Positions 51,206 to 63,740 are shown, counted from the first letter of the stretch. The stretch is 64,000 nucleotides of DNA from Squalus acanthias (GCA_030390025.1 CM059433.1:18416001-18480000); one strand, 5' to 3'. A program made the numbers and translations. Notes: generated by a model from the letters alone, not told the origin.

Positions 51206-52822
51206 ATCTCGGGTAAGAAGGTTAGGGGAGACTTAAAAACACGAGGCATCGTGACAGACTGCGTTTTTACAAAATGCAGTTCCCTGGGCTGTATTGGCAC
51301 CTGCTCCAGATCACTTGAAAATGGTTCAGTTCCTTCCATATGTTGATTCAAACCCCTTAGTAAGCACACTCAACTTAGTTGTTGCACCAATGTGTGTTGC
51401 GATACAGTGGCTGGCCTAAGTTCTGTTGTGTTACCAATCTCAACCTATGAAGAAAGACTGAATGGCGGCCAGGCATCTCCCCTGAGGGGAGAGAAAATTA
51501 AAGGAAGATTTGCCCTCGGGCTGCTACTCACACCTAGTTTATAGCCAAGCTGAATGGGGCATAAACAGAAACCTAGATGCAAGTTGCTTATCTGTGACTT
51601 CATCCACAGTTACTGGACCAGGGAATGGTGGGGGGGGAGGGAGGAAAATTGCCGTCAAATAAAAAGAGAAAAGAGTGCCATCATAAACTATGAGGGAGCA
51701 GCAAATAGTTAATGAACTTATGTGATCCCTTCCCATCCTTTATATATACAGGATATTCACCAGCCTATTGTATATTATGTATATTAACGCCCACTAACAC
51801 AACTACAGTTTTCTTTGCTACTGTATTGTGATTTCAGACCTTGAACTTTCATTTCCTTAGCAACTGTAGAGCTTCTTACTGAATTCGACCTTTCTTCACC
51901 TGCTTTAGTCGGTCATTGTTTTAAGTTTGGGTGCTTCTTTCTTCTGTTTCTCTGTAACTAGATGACGCCAGGCTGTATAACTTATAAAACCATCGTTTTA
52001 ATACACTTAATATTTTTTCAATTAATTCAGTGGATTTTGATAGTTTCAATAGGATTACTATATGGAATTAGTGTGTTGTCGATCTCGCTGCGAATTTGCT
52101 TTTACGAACTCTGTAGTTCAATAGAATTAATTTGTTTTTTGTGAATTCAATTTTCATTAAAATGCAACAAAGTTTCATCACTTAGAATTGAAACCATAAA
52201 AAAATGGAGTCTGTTTCAATGTTGTTCTTCCTTCCTCCATCCCACGTTTCCAAAATGTTCTCAAGGTATGAGGGCATTTTGATGGCATACTTCTTGTAAT
52301 TTTACTGTTGAACCTGCTCTCATTCCACTGACAGTATTACTGTATAATCAGCCTGTAGGAGAGGGGTAAGAATGTGGCAGCATTGACTGGCCTTCCGGTC
52401 TTTTGTTCCACTCTGATGGATTAGCTGAAATTGAGAACTTGTAATGCAGGGAATCTACGGTTTCTTTCAATACAGCATGCCATGCTGCGTTAGTACGCCA
52501 GTGCAATGAGTCACTGAGTTGTCTCAATTTTAAGGGTTTCTGATTATTCCAATGATATTTCTGCTCTTCATTTTACTCTAGATGGTACAATTTTTTTTAA
52601 CAAGTCACACTGAACAAAGTATGGAATTCATTCATTTTGTAATTAAAAAATCTAAATGTAGGATGTCAAGTAGCAAATTTAACAGTATATCAAATTTAAC
52701 AATTGGGATCTAGACATACAAACCTTTGCAGTATCTGCTATTTTTAGGATAAACTAAAGGAGCATACAGCATCTATAACGGGTAGTTATGATGAGCAGTA
52801 TCCTTGATTTATTTAAGACTTA

Positions 52823-53465
52823 GGGGGCTAAATTCGGTTGATTTCTAACGGGGCGCAAATCAACTAGCGCCTGGGCACGGCACCACTAATGCCTCCGGTG
52901 AAATTTGGCGGGAGGTTAGCGGCGCTGCGCCGTCGGCGATGACATCATCGCTATGCGCAGCGCCCCAGCTGTAATATTGGGTGGCGCCCCCCTGACTTAC
53001 CGCCGGACGCTATGTCCGCCGGGGTCAGGGGGGCCTACCTGCGGCCGGGGCGGCGCTAGTTAAAGGGGAGGTGGCGGGCGGCCATTTGTGTTGCTGGCTG
53101 CCTGCCAGCACCTGCCCCCGTTTCTGTCCCCGGCCCCTGAGACGTCCCCCCGCAGGGTGCCGGCTGCTCTCCGTGAGCCCAGCACTCCTCTTGTGCCGGG
53201 CTCGTTTGCCAGCGCTCCTGATCCCTGGTGGCTCAACTGGGCGCTGGGACGCGCTGCGCCAGGCCCCTCCCCTTTAATAAGGGGAGGAAGGCCTGCAGTA
53301 CCGCGGCGTGACATGCCGCAGTGCCGCGATATTGGCTCACAGCGCCCCAAGAGGGACGCGGGGCGCTTCCAGTAGTGCCCCTCCTCCCTCTTGGGGCGCT
53401 ACCTGGGAAAAACGGCGCGGGGGTGCTAACTTTTTCAGGGTGCTAAAATACCCAATCTTTACCCC
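52823..53465. mobile_element. GC-rich Harbinger-type element, inverted homolog of 5581-6278
   Basis: GGGGGCTAAATTCGGTTG start; shared core ggcccctcccctttaat.aggggagg.aggcctgcagtaccg. Confidence 0.8.
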
Positions 53466-53859
53466 TAAGAGTTCTAGCATCCTACATTATTTTCAGATGT
53501 GATGCACGTCCTCCGTGTAAAGCAGTTCTATTGAGAAGTATTTCCTTTCTTTTGCTTTTTGAAGACTGTAGTAGTATTTTCATAGCTTAAAAAACCACAA
53601 CTGTACAGTTATATTTTTGGCTTCTTAAAGGCGCAGGGAGTTTTCAGAGCAGGTTCTGTCCTTTACAATTTGCCTAGGTCAGATATACCATAATTAGGTA
53701 TAGATGTTTAAAGCTCCCTTTCCCCTCTGACCTAACTATGTCTCATCCCAGCCTCAGAAGAACACATTTTGCTACACCACAAATTCACAAGATAAATACT
53801 ATTTGGAATGCCATTTAGCCTACCTTAGGTCATCCAGCCAGGAAAAAAATCATTTACAG

Positions 53860-54770
53860 CATCAGACTGTCGCTTAAATTATTCCTAGCAACTTTTCCAC
53901 TACCTTTTTCTGAAGCTCACTCCAAGTATTAATTCACTGAGACCAAATCCAAATATGCTTTTTACCAGTTTGAGCTCGTGCTCATTTGACCTGTTTCCAC
54001 AGCATACCTTGAAGTAGTGATCTGGGTTTACCTTTTCTCTATTTGTTGATATCCTGTGTAACACCGTGAAGTCCGCTCTCGCTTACCTTGTTTCTAAACT
54101 AAAGAGCCTAAGTTTCTCCAGTTTTTCCCCCCATATCCCAGTCCTCTGACCCTAGGGATCAGCCTCTTGGTTCTTCTGTCTGCTACCTCTGGGGCTTGAA
54201 TGTTTACCTCTCGTGACCAAAGCTGGATAAAGTACTCGAGGTGTGGTCTGATCGGAGAGTGTGGTTTTAGCATAACGTCCTCTGCCTTACAACGCTTCCT
54301 ACATTACAACAGTGACTACACTTCAGAAAGTGCTTCATTGGCTGTAAAGGACTTTGGGACGTCCGGTGGTTGTGAAAGTGCTATATAAATGCAAGTCTCT
54401 CTCTTTTCTGACTTCTAATTTACTGATTTAGCAATATAAGGCAGCATTCTTTAACTGTATTGATTGTTGCTCCACAGTGACTGGAGATGAAAATTGCTGA
54501 GTCCACTAAATCCCCTTGATATCTTTCAACTTCATTCTTAATTCAACACCATTCATAAGAGTGTGCATGTTGCCCATTTCTGTCCCTCAGTGTTCAGTGT
54601 CTTGCACTTAACCATGTTAAATTTAATCTGCTACTGTTCTGGCCATTTAGAGATTTTATCTAGTTCCTTTTGTAGGTCCTCAGCTGTCTCCTCAGAATTG
54701 ACTGCCCGCCCTCCGCTTAGTTTAACGTTGCCTGTGAGTGAATTTCTGGGTCCAAATGTTTGATGTAAAT
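53860..54770 (-). mobile_element. Old CR1 relic with a Deu-SINE tail inserted at about 54290-54400
   Basis: The reverse complement includes cagaccacacctcgagtac (RPHLEY) and other decayed RT C-terminal motifs. Confidence 0.6.
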
Positions 54771-54967
54771 GACGTCATTTTTTCATTCCCCACACCATCC
54801 TGTGACCTCGGAAGTGAGATTGTCAGTTACTGTTGAATTAGAGGCAGTTTACAGCTACTCTGACTCTGCCTCAACTCATTTTACAAAGGAGTCTTCCAGC
54901 CAGACAGACGGAGGAGAATTTGAACACTGGCTCCAGAGGTCTGTCTAACCAGCTAGTCCCGTATTTA

Positions 54968-55106
54968 CCGGAGTTCTGACGAAGGGTCTTCGACCTGAAA
55001 CGTTAACTCTGTTTCTCTCTCCACGGATGTTGCCTGGCCTGCTGAGTTTTTCCAGCGCTTTCTGTTGTTATTTCAGTTTTCCAGCATCCGCAGTATTTTG
55101 CTATTG
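54968..55106 (+). mobile_element. Short Penelope-like insert (family A)
   Basis: Perfect 14-nt TSD tagtcccgtattta (54954-54967 and 55107-55120). Confidence 0.85.
54969..55011 (+). ncRNA. Minimal type I hammerhead ribozyme motif
   Basis: cggagtt-CTGACGA-agggtc-ttc-gacct-GAAA-cgtt-aactctg: 7-bp helix I, helix II, palindromic aacgtt. Confidence 0.78.
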
Positions 55107-55434
55107 TAGTCCCGTATTTATATATTTCAAAAGAAAATCCGTGAGATACTAGTTGGTGTTTCCTTTTGAAATGCTTTACTTGGTGCGTAAAGCTCTTCCA
55201 TATAATACTATCCATAAACGGGAGTAGAGTCCTACCTCAGGCAATTAGGACTTTGTTGAGTCCTGCCTTTTTAAAAACTGGCTAAATAGCTGGTTAGGAA
55301 TGAGATTGAGGTTTATAAGGATAAAGTTGATTGAATGAATACTGTGCAGAACATGGTGATTCTGCGCAGTAGGGATCATGAAAATATTTTGCGAAGGAAG
55401 ACAGCTGATCAAGGAATCAGCAATGTAAGATGGC

Positions 55435-55750
55435 AACTGCACCTCCCAAACCCGCGACCTCCACCGCCTCGAAGGACAAGGACAGCAGGCGCATGGGAAC
55501 ACCACCACCAGCAAATTCCCCTCCAAGTCACGCACCATCCTGACTTGGAAATATATCGCCGTTCCTTCATCGTCACTGGGCCAAAATCCTGGAACTCCCT
55601 CCCTAACAGCACTCTGCGAGTACCTTCACCACAGGGACTGCAGCAGTTCAAGGAGGCGGCTCACCTCCACCTTCTCGAGGGCAATTAAGGATGGGCAATA
55701 AATGCTGGCCTTGTCAGCGACGCCCACATCCCGTGAATGAATAAAATAAA
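55435..55750 (+). mobile_element. LINE family 2, 3' fragment
   Basis: Matches 13890-14190. Confidence 0.82.
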
Positions 55751-56867
55751 AGGTATTATGGAGTCTTGCCTGATTCATCTTTGTGGGGAATAGAGGACAG
55801 AGATAAACTTTGCAACAACCTTTCTTCAAAAATTAGAGTGGGCAGAGTGAATGATAGAGAAGACTGTACACTTTTTGTGGAAAAGGTTTGAGTTGAATGG
55901 CCTATTCTTCTTTCGTGGATTCTCATGTACTAGTACAAGGGAAGCGATATACAGCAGATGTCCGATCTGGAAATCCGTTCATCTGGCCTAGAAATTGTGC
56001 AGAAATGCATGAAGATCAGTTGTGTTCATCTCCCGGGTGACACTTCAGATTGTGCAACACTGCCTAACCTGCAATAAGTTTTTAGGATAGACGTGAAACC
56101 TAGTTCAGTTGCCATATCAGACAGTTTTTAATGAGATTATATAGTATGTCTCAGTGGAACCATATTTTATTTCAGCTATGAATTCTCCGAAAGTTACTAT
56201 ATAGTTTTTTTCCATCAGATTGTGGAGTAACCAAATGTTGATACTTCGGTTGCAGATGTTTCCTGCCTTGCAAATGTCCTTCGATTTGTGAAATATGTGC
56301 CGTTTCCTGTTGTGTTAAGCTAATTTAATCATCTAGCACTACACCAGCGTCCTTGTTTAACTACTGGTACTGTATGTCTAGTCTTCATCTTTTGTTGCAT
56401 GGTTTGCTTTTGAAGATAGAATCTTGAATGTGTAAAGGGGGTGAGTTATAAGGAAGGATATTTAAAGCTCAAACTCCGCAGTCTATAAAAGAAGGCAGTT
56501 ACCGGCCGATCTCAAAGTATACTTTAAAAAAAATTAATTATGTAAGCAAAACCCGGAATATTACTTCAATGTAAACCATGAAAGTAGGTCAGGAACTCGG
56601 GGGGGGGGGGGGGGGGGTGGGGTGGGTGTGATGCGGGGTTGGGGTGAGTGAAGGTGGTCAGGAGCTCGGGTGGGGGAAGGAGGAGAAGGTCAGGAACTCT
56701 GGGGTTAGAGCATGGAGAGAACAGTGGGAATGGGGGAAGAACATAATCCAGGTCTAAAGGGCTGGGGGGGGGGGGGGACGGGGTGATGAGAGCGAGAACG
56801 TCATCCAGATGGGAAGACTGATCACATTCTCACCCCTCTGTTAGATGTGGATCACGTTCTTTCAACC

Positions 56868-56955
56868 GGATGAATTAGTGAATACCTTCCCACACACTGA
56901 GCAGGTGAACAGCCTCTCCCCAGTATGAACTCGCTGGTGTGTCAGAAGGTTGGAT
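56868..56955 (-). pseudogene. Isolated single C2H2 zinc-finger repeat unit ([29 protein letters not shown])
   Basis: HxxxH, a TGERLF linker and CxxC; no adjacent fingers. Confidence 0.85.
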
Positions 56956-58800
56956 ACACGCACGCGCCCCACACACACACACTCGCTGACGCACCCCACA
57001 CACACGGCCCCTTTATTCTGAATTAAATAATTTTTATCACTTCCAGAAGGAAAAAGTAACAAAACTCCAAAGAAGTAACTAACCCACTAATTAGAGTATA
57101 AAGTCTTTTATTTTACCAGCCAAGGGCAACTATAATTATAATTGCAGAATACTAGATAACAGAGGATCTTTACAAAGCTAACTACAGTTCCACTTTCTGT
57201 AGGCTGTGTGACAAGACTGGATCAAATTACACATTATTGATTGCTCTACAGCAGGCAGGATCAAATTACACAGTCCAGACAAACGGTTGGGTGTGTTTTG
57301 TCCTCCAAGAGTACCAATTAGAAATCTAGTCCTACACACTGGTGTTGCAAATAAACGCTGCCGTTTTTCACACAGCATTGACTGTTGCTGCAACCTCCTC
57401 CAATAACTTCTGCACCAGGTTTTGGGAAGGGCATCAGTCCAATAAAACCTGTTCCTCCTCCTCTCTCGCTCTTTCTAGTAGCGCTTTCAGTGCCTGGTCA
57501 TTAAACTATGGCTTCCTCTGGGAGGCTTCATTGTTCAGGAATATAGCTGCAAAAGCAGCTGTTCTGAGCTCCACTGTTATTTTTGTGGGATTGAATGGTT
57601 GCTTATTGCAATTAACAAGTGCTAGCCCAGTATTGATTCTGCTGCTTCAATGGATGGCCTGTTGTGTAGCAATACATGTTTTAGTGCAGCTCCTTAAAAG
57701 GCAAAATTCTGGGTTAACGAGAGTGCTTTGTAATGCTCAAATAGCTTATGCGGCCTTCAGTTAAACTTTAATTAATACACCAGCAGTGATTTCTCTTTCC
57801 TGATTAGCATTGTTCACATCTTTCAGTTACTTGCTCGAGAATTAATCATTTGCCACTTATCCCCATTGAATAGCTTTGTCCACTTAGTTAAAAGAGGCCA
57901 TTCTTTTGAAACTCCTTGCATTGTCGCTCATTATTTGGCCGCCTCCCATTTCCTTCTTATCTGCAATCTTGGATATTTTGCTTAGTCTTCCCTGGTCAAG
58001 TTTTGAATATGCCAGCAGATCTCCTGTGGAACTGCTCATGCTAAATCAAAGATTGTGCTGCTCTCTGACCACTTGCAGTGACTTCTTATGCAAAATATTA
58101 AATAAACCGAGTATTAGGGGGAAAAAAACTCCCAACAATTCATCCACCCATAGCTGCTGTTCAACTATGCTTCATTCATTGTATTTATATGATCTTAGTT
58201 CTTTATTAGATGTTTATCTGCATATTTTTCTCACTTTTGATTCATGCATTCCCCACCTGTTCAGTCATGATTTGTTGCTATTTTATGAATACAGAATTTG
58301 AGCCAATCAACTGAAAACATGATAGATATTTTCAAAAGTTGGCCATCAAAATGGGAGACCACAAGACCCAATGGACAATGGGAATTAGCAGGCAACCAAG
58401 AGTACCAACATGTTGACCTCAATGGTATAGCAGTACTCCAAGGACAGACAAGTTAAAGAAATCACCTGCATTTATGTAGCATCTTTCACAACCTCAAGAC
58501 GTTCCAAAGCACTTTACAGTCAATTAAGTCCTTTTCGAAGTGTAGTTACTGCTGTAATAACCGTGATAACAGCAAAGATACAAATAATAAACTAAAATGT
58601 AGTTTTAGTCACCAAGAATAGATGAAATACAAATAACGATAAAAGTTGTACAATGAGTTGTTCTTTCACACAAGACTTTTGTCCTGTGAAAATTCTGGCA
58701 ATTAGGGTGGTGAATAATAGAAGTGCACTTAATGGTGTTCCCCTGTAATTTTTTATTGGCTTTAACATATTTACATGTTTGTTTTTGTCTGGTCTTCCAG

Positions 58801-58923
58801 GACAGCAGCGGGTTACTGTGACCAGTCTCCTGGTGTGTCATGGTTTACTGTTGGTTGGAACCAACCTGGGTATCATTGTAGCTCTGCCAGTTCCTCGGCT
58901 GCAGGGAATACCTAAAGTTACAG
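58801..58923 (+). CDS. ARHGEF10: ARHGEF10 internal exon F ([41 protein letters not shown])
   Basis: Not in the ORF track; translated by hand. Acceptor cttccag| and donor |gtgaga; 123 nt, phase 1/1. Contains the motif [15 protein letters not shown]. Confidence 0.95.
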
Positions 58924-59194
58924 GTGAGACTATTTAGGGTTACACACCTTTTTTTTTAATAATTGAAAATATTATTGTCATGTGTAGATTGAAAGGGCAT
59001 GCATGAAAATGAGAGTCATTTGGAGTAAAACAATTATTGAAATGAGGAACTTTTGTGTAGCAAATTACATCACATTTGAAAAAAATTAACTCACCAAAGT
59101 CAGATTTGCGACGCCCAGAACTATATTTCCCTCATATTAAAGAAGTTCAAGAAAAATATTTTACTAAGTTGTTGTTGGTTTATAATAACTTAAT

Positions 59195-59937
59195 GGCCCA
59201 AAAATGAGTGCCGCTACGCGAGAGTACGCACTGTGTACTCTCGCGTATTCTGTCTCCAATTGCCGGTTTTCTGCATGCACTGCGCATGCGCTGAAAACCG
59301 GCACTTGGTGAATGGAAAAGGGGGCGGGTCCTAGGTGCACCGCGTGCGCGCTACAGGCTGCGCGCGCGCTGTGCACTTAGTGGTTTCAACGCGCAGGTAA
59401 GTACGGAAGATTCCAGACATAAAAAAAGGAGTAAGACCCACTTTTAACAAGGTAAGTAGTGAATTAAGTATTATTTTTATTTTTTATTTTAACAGGTATA
59501 TCTTTTTTAGAGACTTTAAAGACAGGTAAGTTTATTTTTATAACTTTTTAAAAGATTTTAAAATTTTTCAAAAATTTAATTTTTTATTTAAAATGGTTAA
59601 TTTATTTAACTATACTTATTTTATTAATGTGATGGTTTTTTAAAAAAATTTAATTGAGGTTTAGCGGTTCTTTTGGGGGGCTATAGTATTCATAACTTTC
59701 ACAGCACTTATGTGAAAGTTATGAATGGAAGATGGTGTGCTGCCATTGGCTCTAACTGAGTCACGTGATCCCACAGCTCGCACGAATTAACTACGCCGGT
59801 GGGATACGCAAGCACTGCCCAGCTGATGTCTAGAACATCAAGTTCGTGCGAGTTGGAACTGAAAAAGCCAACACGGAGTGAGAGATCGCGGGGAGGCCTT
59901 ACCCTCGCACGAAGGCTTCCTCACGAATTTTTGGGCC
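59195..59937. mobile_element. Harbinger-type MITE, inverted homolog of 32174-32894
   Basis: AAT|GGCCCAAAAAT ... ATTTTTGGGCC|AAT, a 3-bp TSD. Confidence 0.87.
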
Positions 59938-60245
59938 AATGTTTTAAAAATGATTGAACTTCACACACACACACAAAACTACTTCCTTCTGCAAATGAAA
60001 TTCTTGTTGCTTTGTCTCATCTTTGGCTGGGTTCCTGGCTCTCTTTCAATAAAGAACAGAGCTCTGTGAATAATCAAGAGTGGAGTAAAACTATCTGCCT
60101 GTAACAGATAAGAGAGCATCAAGCTTACATCTGCCTTCAGTGCTATCAGTAATAGCTGTACATCAATGTCTTATATCAGAACAGGGAAACATGATGATAT
60201 TTTCCATGGCTAATTAAGCCTGTTAATAAAAAGCACAGACACAGA

Positions 60246-61113
60246 GGGGGAGAAATTCGGTATCGCCCCACTTGGGGCGTAATTATCAGCTGGGCGCATA
60301 GTTTAGCGCCTGGCGCTAATTATCGCCTCCGACTGAAAACTTGGCTTCTATCGGCCCTGGAGGTGATTGGAGCGCTAAATCAGGCGCCACACACCTCTCT
60401 TAAGGCGCTAACGCCGAGGAGCGAGGCGCTAACTCAGAGCGCTGGCAAAGCTCATGTGATGTCAGTTAGCAATGGAGCACAGACACACTGGCGCCGGCCA
60501 GTTCTTAAAGGGGAGAGTCGATCTTGCTCTCCATCCACACCCTGCTCATTGCAACCTTGAATCTCGGCCTGGAGAGACCTGTACATCAATTCTGCTGGAA
60601 AAAACAATGGAGAGGACAAGGGAAAGAGCTCAGAGTGCAGCCCCCAAAGTCTCTTCGAAATCGATGCAAGGAAGGTCAAATCAAAATGAACCTGCAAAGT
60701 GCTGCTCAGTACCCAAAACTCCTTCACACAGTGTTGAATCTCTCCAGAAGTGTGTGTCTCGCTCAGAATGCGTGGTGCAAAAATGTCGCCGACAAAAAAA
60801 GGCAGGAAGCGGCCGCCTTTAAATAGCGCTCCCCCAGTCCCTTCCCGACTGCAAAACGCTCCCCTCTACCTGTCGTTGCTAGCGGCAGGCGGAAAGGCAG
60901 GGGGCGCCACTCAATATCCGCTCCGGGGCGTTGCACGCTCGGCTGACGTCATGATCTGTGGGCGCAGAAGATCGTGGCGGTAGTGCTTGCCGCCGCAAAA
61001 TGTCTGGTCAATTTCGCGAGCGGCGCAAACATCGCCGCGCCCGGGCTCTAGTTGCTTTGCGCCCCGTTAGTGGGGCGCTAACGGGAGGTGCAAAGCAACC
61101 GAATTTGTCCCCC
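60246..61113. mobile_element. Non-autonomous Harbinger-type element, inverted homolog of 22534-23293
   Basis: AGA|GGGGGAGAAATTCGG ... CCGAATTTGTCCCCC|AGA, a 3-bp TSD. Confidence 0.88.
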
Positions 61114-61229
61114 AGATGGTTTTGAAATCCCTATTTTAACAAAAGTGGGAGAATGCCTATTTCCTCTGTAATTAATGACCCATTAATGAAATGGTGAGAG
61201 CAGGGTAGAAGGCTAGCACCTTGTAAGTG

Positions 61230-63330
61230 AAACAGTTAGAAATGAAGGGATGGCAGTACAGTGATAGGTGTGGAGCCCAACATGTGGGCCATCATGGGTT
61301 CTTAGTGTATCCAGAGGCACACAGCATTTGCACTGTCAAAAAAGTGAGTCTCTCTAGCAGAGGGTCTCTGCTCAAGAAGCAATTGGTCACACCCTGCAGC
61401 ATCAGAGGATGAAGGGGCTCTCGACCGTGATCGCCAGAATTTGGCCACCCAGAAAGCAGCGCTATATAGTTCAGGACATAGATAGTAGAGAGAGAGAGAG
61501 AGAGAGAGAAGTGGATGTCCATCTGCAGGGATAGTAGAGGAAGATAGGACTACCAGATGTAGGAAACCCCTGTGATACTGGGACTGTCCAATAGTGTTGG
61601 ATAAGTATGAGGTGGAGAGTGACTCAGGAGGGTAGTTCTAAGCAACATTGTAGCACTGTGGAATAAGGCACTAACCCAGGAGGCAGGTGGGTCACAGGAA
61701 AAGAGAGCAATGGGAGATTTTATAGTTGGGGGAAGAGACAGCCTTTTTTTGCAGTCATGGCCAGAAGACCCAAATGATATGTTGCCTCCCTGGTGCCAGG
61801 GTGAAGGACATCACAGAATGGATGTAACAACTTCTGGGTGGGTAAGGTGAGGTCGCCAAAAGTTGGATAGAAGTACCTTTGAGATCTTGCAGAGGAAATT
61901 GAAAGAAAGACTTGCATTTATATAGCGCATTTCATGACATTACAAAGTCCCAAAGTGCTTTACAGCCACTGAAGTACTTTTGAAGTGTAGTCACTGTTGT
62001 AATGTAGGAAACTCAGCAGCCAATTTTCACACAGCAAGCTCCCAAAAAACAGCAATGTGATAATGACCAGATAATCTGTTTTAGTGACGTTGATTGAGGG
62101 ATAAATATTGGCCAGGACACTGGGGTTAACTCCCCTGATCATCTTCGAAATAGTGCCATGGGATCTTTTACGTCCACCTGAGAGAGCAGACGGGGCCTCG
62201 GGTTTAACATCTCATCCAAAAGACGGCACCTCCAACAAGTGCAGCACGCCCTCAGTACTGCACTGGAGTGTCAGCCTAGATTCTGTGCTCAAGTCCCTGG
62301 AGTGGGACTTAGTGAAGGATTTAGGCACTTGATTGAAAAACAAAACCACAGGGGTGGTAATCTGACTAAGGAGCGGAAGATTAGCAAAGTAAACACAGCA
62401 GGACTGGTGCAGGAGGGAAGGATTCACGTTCTTGAGACATTGAAATGAGTTCTGAAACAAGAGAAGGCTATACTTAAGGGACTGCCTTCACTTGAACTGA
62501 AATGGAACCATTATCTTTGCAGAGAAAGTAAATGGGGCAGTGGGGGGAAGATTTAAACCAATATGGTAGCGGGAGTGGAAGCAGAAGACTGAGCTGAAAT
62601 AAATTAGTGAGAAAATGCCATCAAAGGAGAAATGGAAGGAAAGAGGCTTTGAAGTAATGAGATAAAAACGCTTATAGAAGGGGCAAAGGTATCACAAAAT
62701 TAAATGAAAAATTCAGGAAAAAGACTGGAATGAGGCTTGAGTGGTATGTATGTGAATGCACAAAACATTCGAAACAAAATTGGAGAGTTAGAAACATTAA
62801 TAACTATGGAGGGATGTGATCTAGAATCTATAATGGAGAAGTGACAGGTTTGGGCAAGACTAGGAACTTAATATTCCTGGTTATAACATTTTCAGGAGAG
62901 ATAGCAAGGGAAAAAAGGGTGTGCAGTGATACTGTTAGTAAAGGATTCTATCACAGCCATGGAACGTAAGGTTATTCTGGGGGTTGTGCTATCCACTATG
63001 TGTATATCATTATATTAAAAAAAAATAGGAAGGGAAATGGTACAATTCTCGGCATGCATTACAGACCACCAAATAATGGAGAGAGATGGAGGCAGAGATC
63101 TGCCGACGAGATATAAAATTACAACAGGGTAATAATATTGGGTAACTTTAACAATCCCAAGATAAACTGGAATGAGGTAATGCGTGTTGTCAGAGTGGGG
63201 AATTCAGAATGCATTCTGCAAAGCTTTTTAGATGAGTATGTTTCTAGTCCAACAAGTAAAGAAGCATTGCAGTTCTGGGCACCACACCTTAGGAAAGATA
63301 TGTTGGGTTGGAGAGAGGACAGATCCCTAC
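61230..63330 (+). mobile_element. Old CR1 relic (ORF1 esterase and APE), interrupted by a Deu-SINE
   Basis: tgcctccctggtgccagggtgaaggacatc (CLPGARVKDI); YVNAQNIRNKIGEL; YRPPN; GNFNNPKINW. Confidence 0.7.
61900..62310 (-). mobile_element. Deu-domain SINE
   Basis: Homologous to 45397-45780. Confidence 0.85.
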
Positions 63331-63375
63331 GTTAATGCAGAATAAAGTAAACCATCAACTAAATTAGTATTGTGC

Positions 63376-63740
63376 AATAAAAACAGAAAATGCTGGAAAT
63401 ACTCAGCAGGTCAGGCAGCATCTGTAGAGAGTGAAATAGAGTTAACGTTTCAGGTCGATGACCTTTCGTCAGAACTGGAAAAAGTCTCTTAATCTCTCCT
63501 GCCTTCCATCCTATCACAGACCTTCCCTTTTGTTCTTTCCTCCCCTCCCCACTTTCCCTGCCCCTACACTTGCTTAAAAACCTGTTCCATCTCCAGCTTT
63601 TTCCAGTTCTGACGAAGGGCCATCGACCTGAACCGTTAACTCTGTTTCTCTCTCCACAGATGCTGCCTGACCTGCTGAGTATTTCCAGCATTTTCTGTTT
63701 TTATTTTCGATTTCCAGCATCCGCAGTATTTTGCTTATGT
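63376..63740 (+). mobile_element. Penelope-like element remnant (family A): inverted terminal-repeat copy, spacer, then terminal repeat
   Basis: 63376-63484 is the reverse complement of 63597-63705; direct flanks attagtattgtgcaata / attagtattatgcaata. Confidence 0.82.
63438..63476 (-). ncRNA. Minimal hammerhead ribozyme motif on the antisense strand
   Basis: The reverse complement reads agtt-CTGACGA-aaggtc-atc-gacct-GAAA-cgtt-aact. Confidence 0.7.

Noticed and set aside
57219..57272. 15-nt direct repeat ggatcaaattacaca
   Set aside because: Only two units; an ordinary microduplication.
57342..58301. 140-aa and 131-aa + strand ORFs
   Set aside because: No domain similarity, and exons E and F already join in frame without them.
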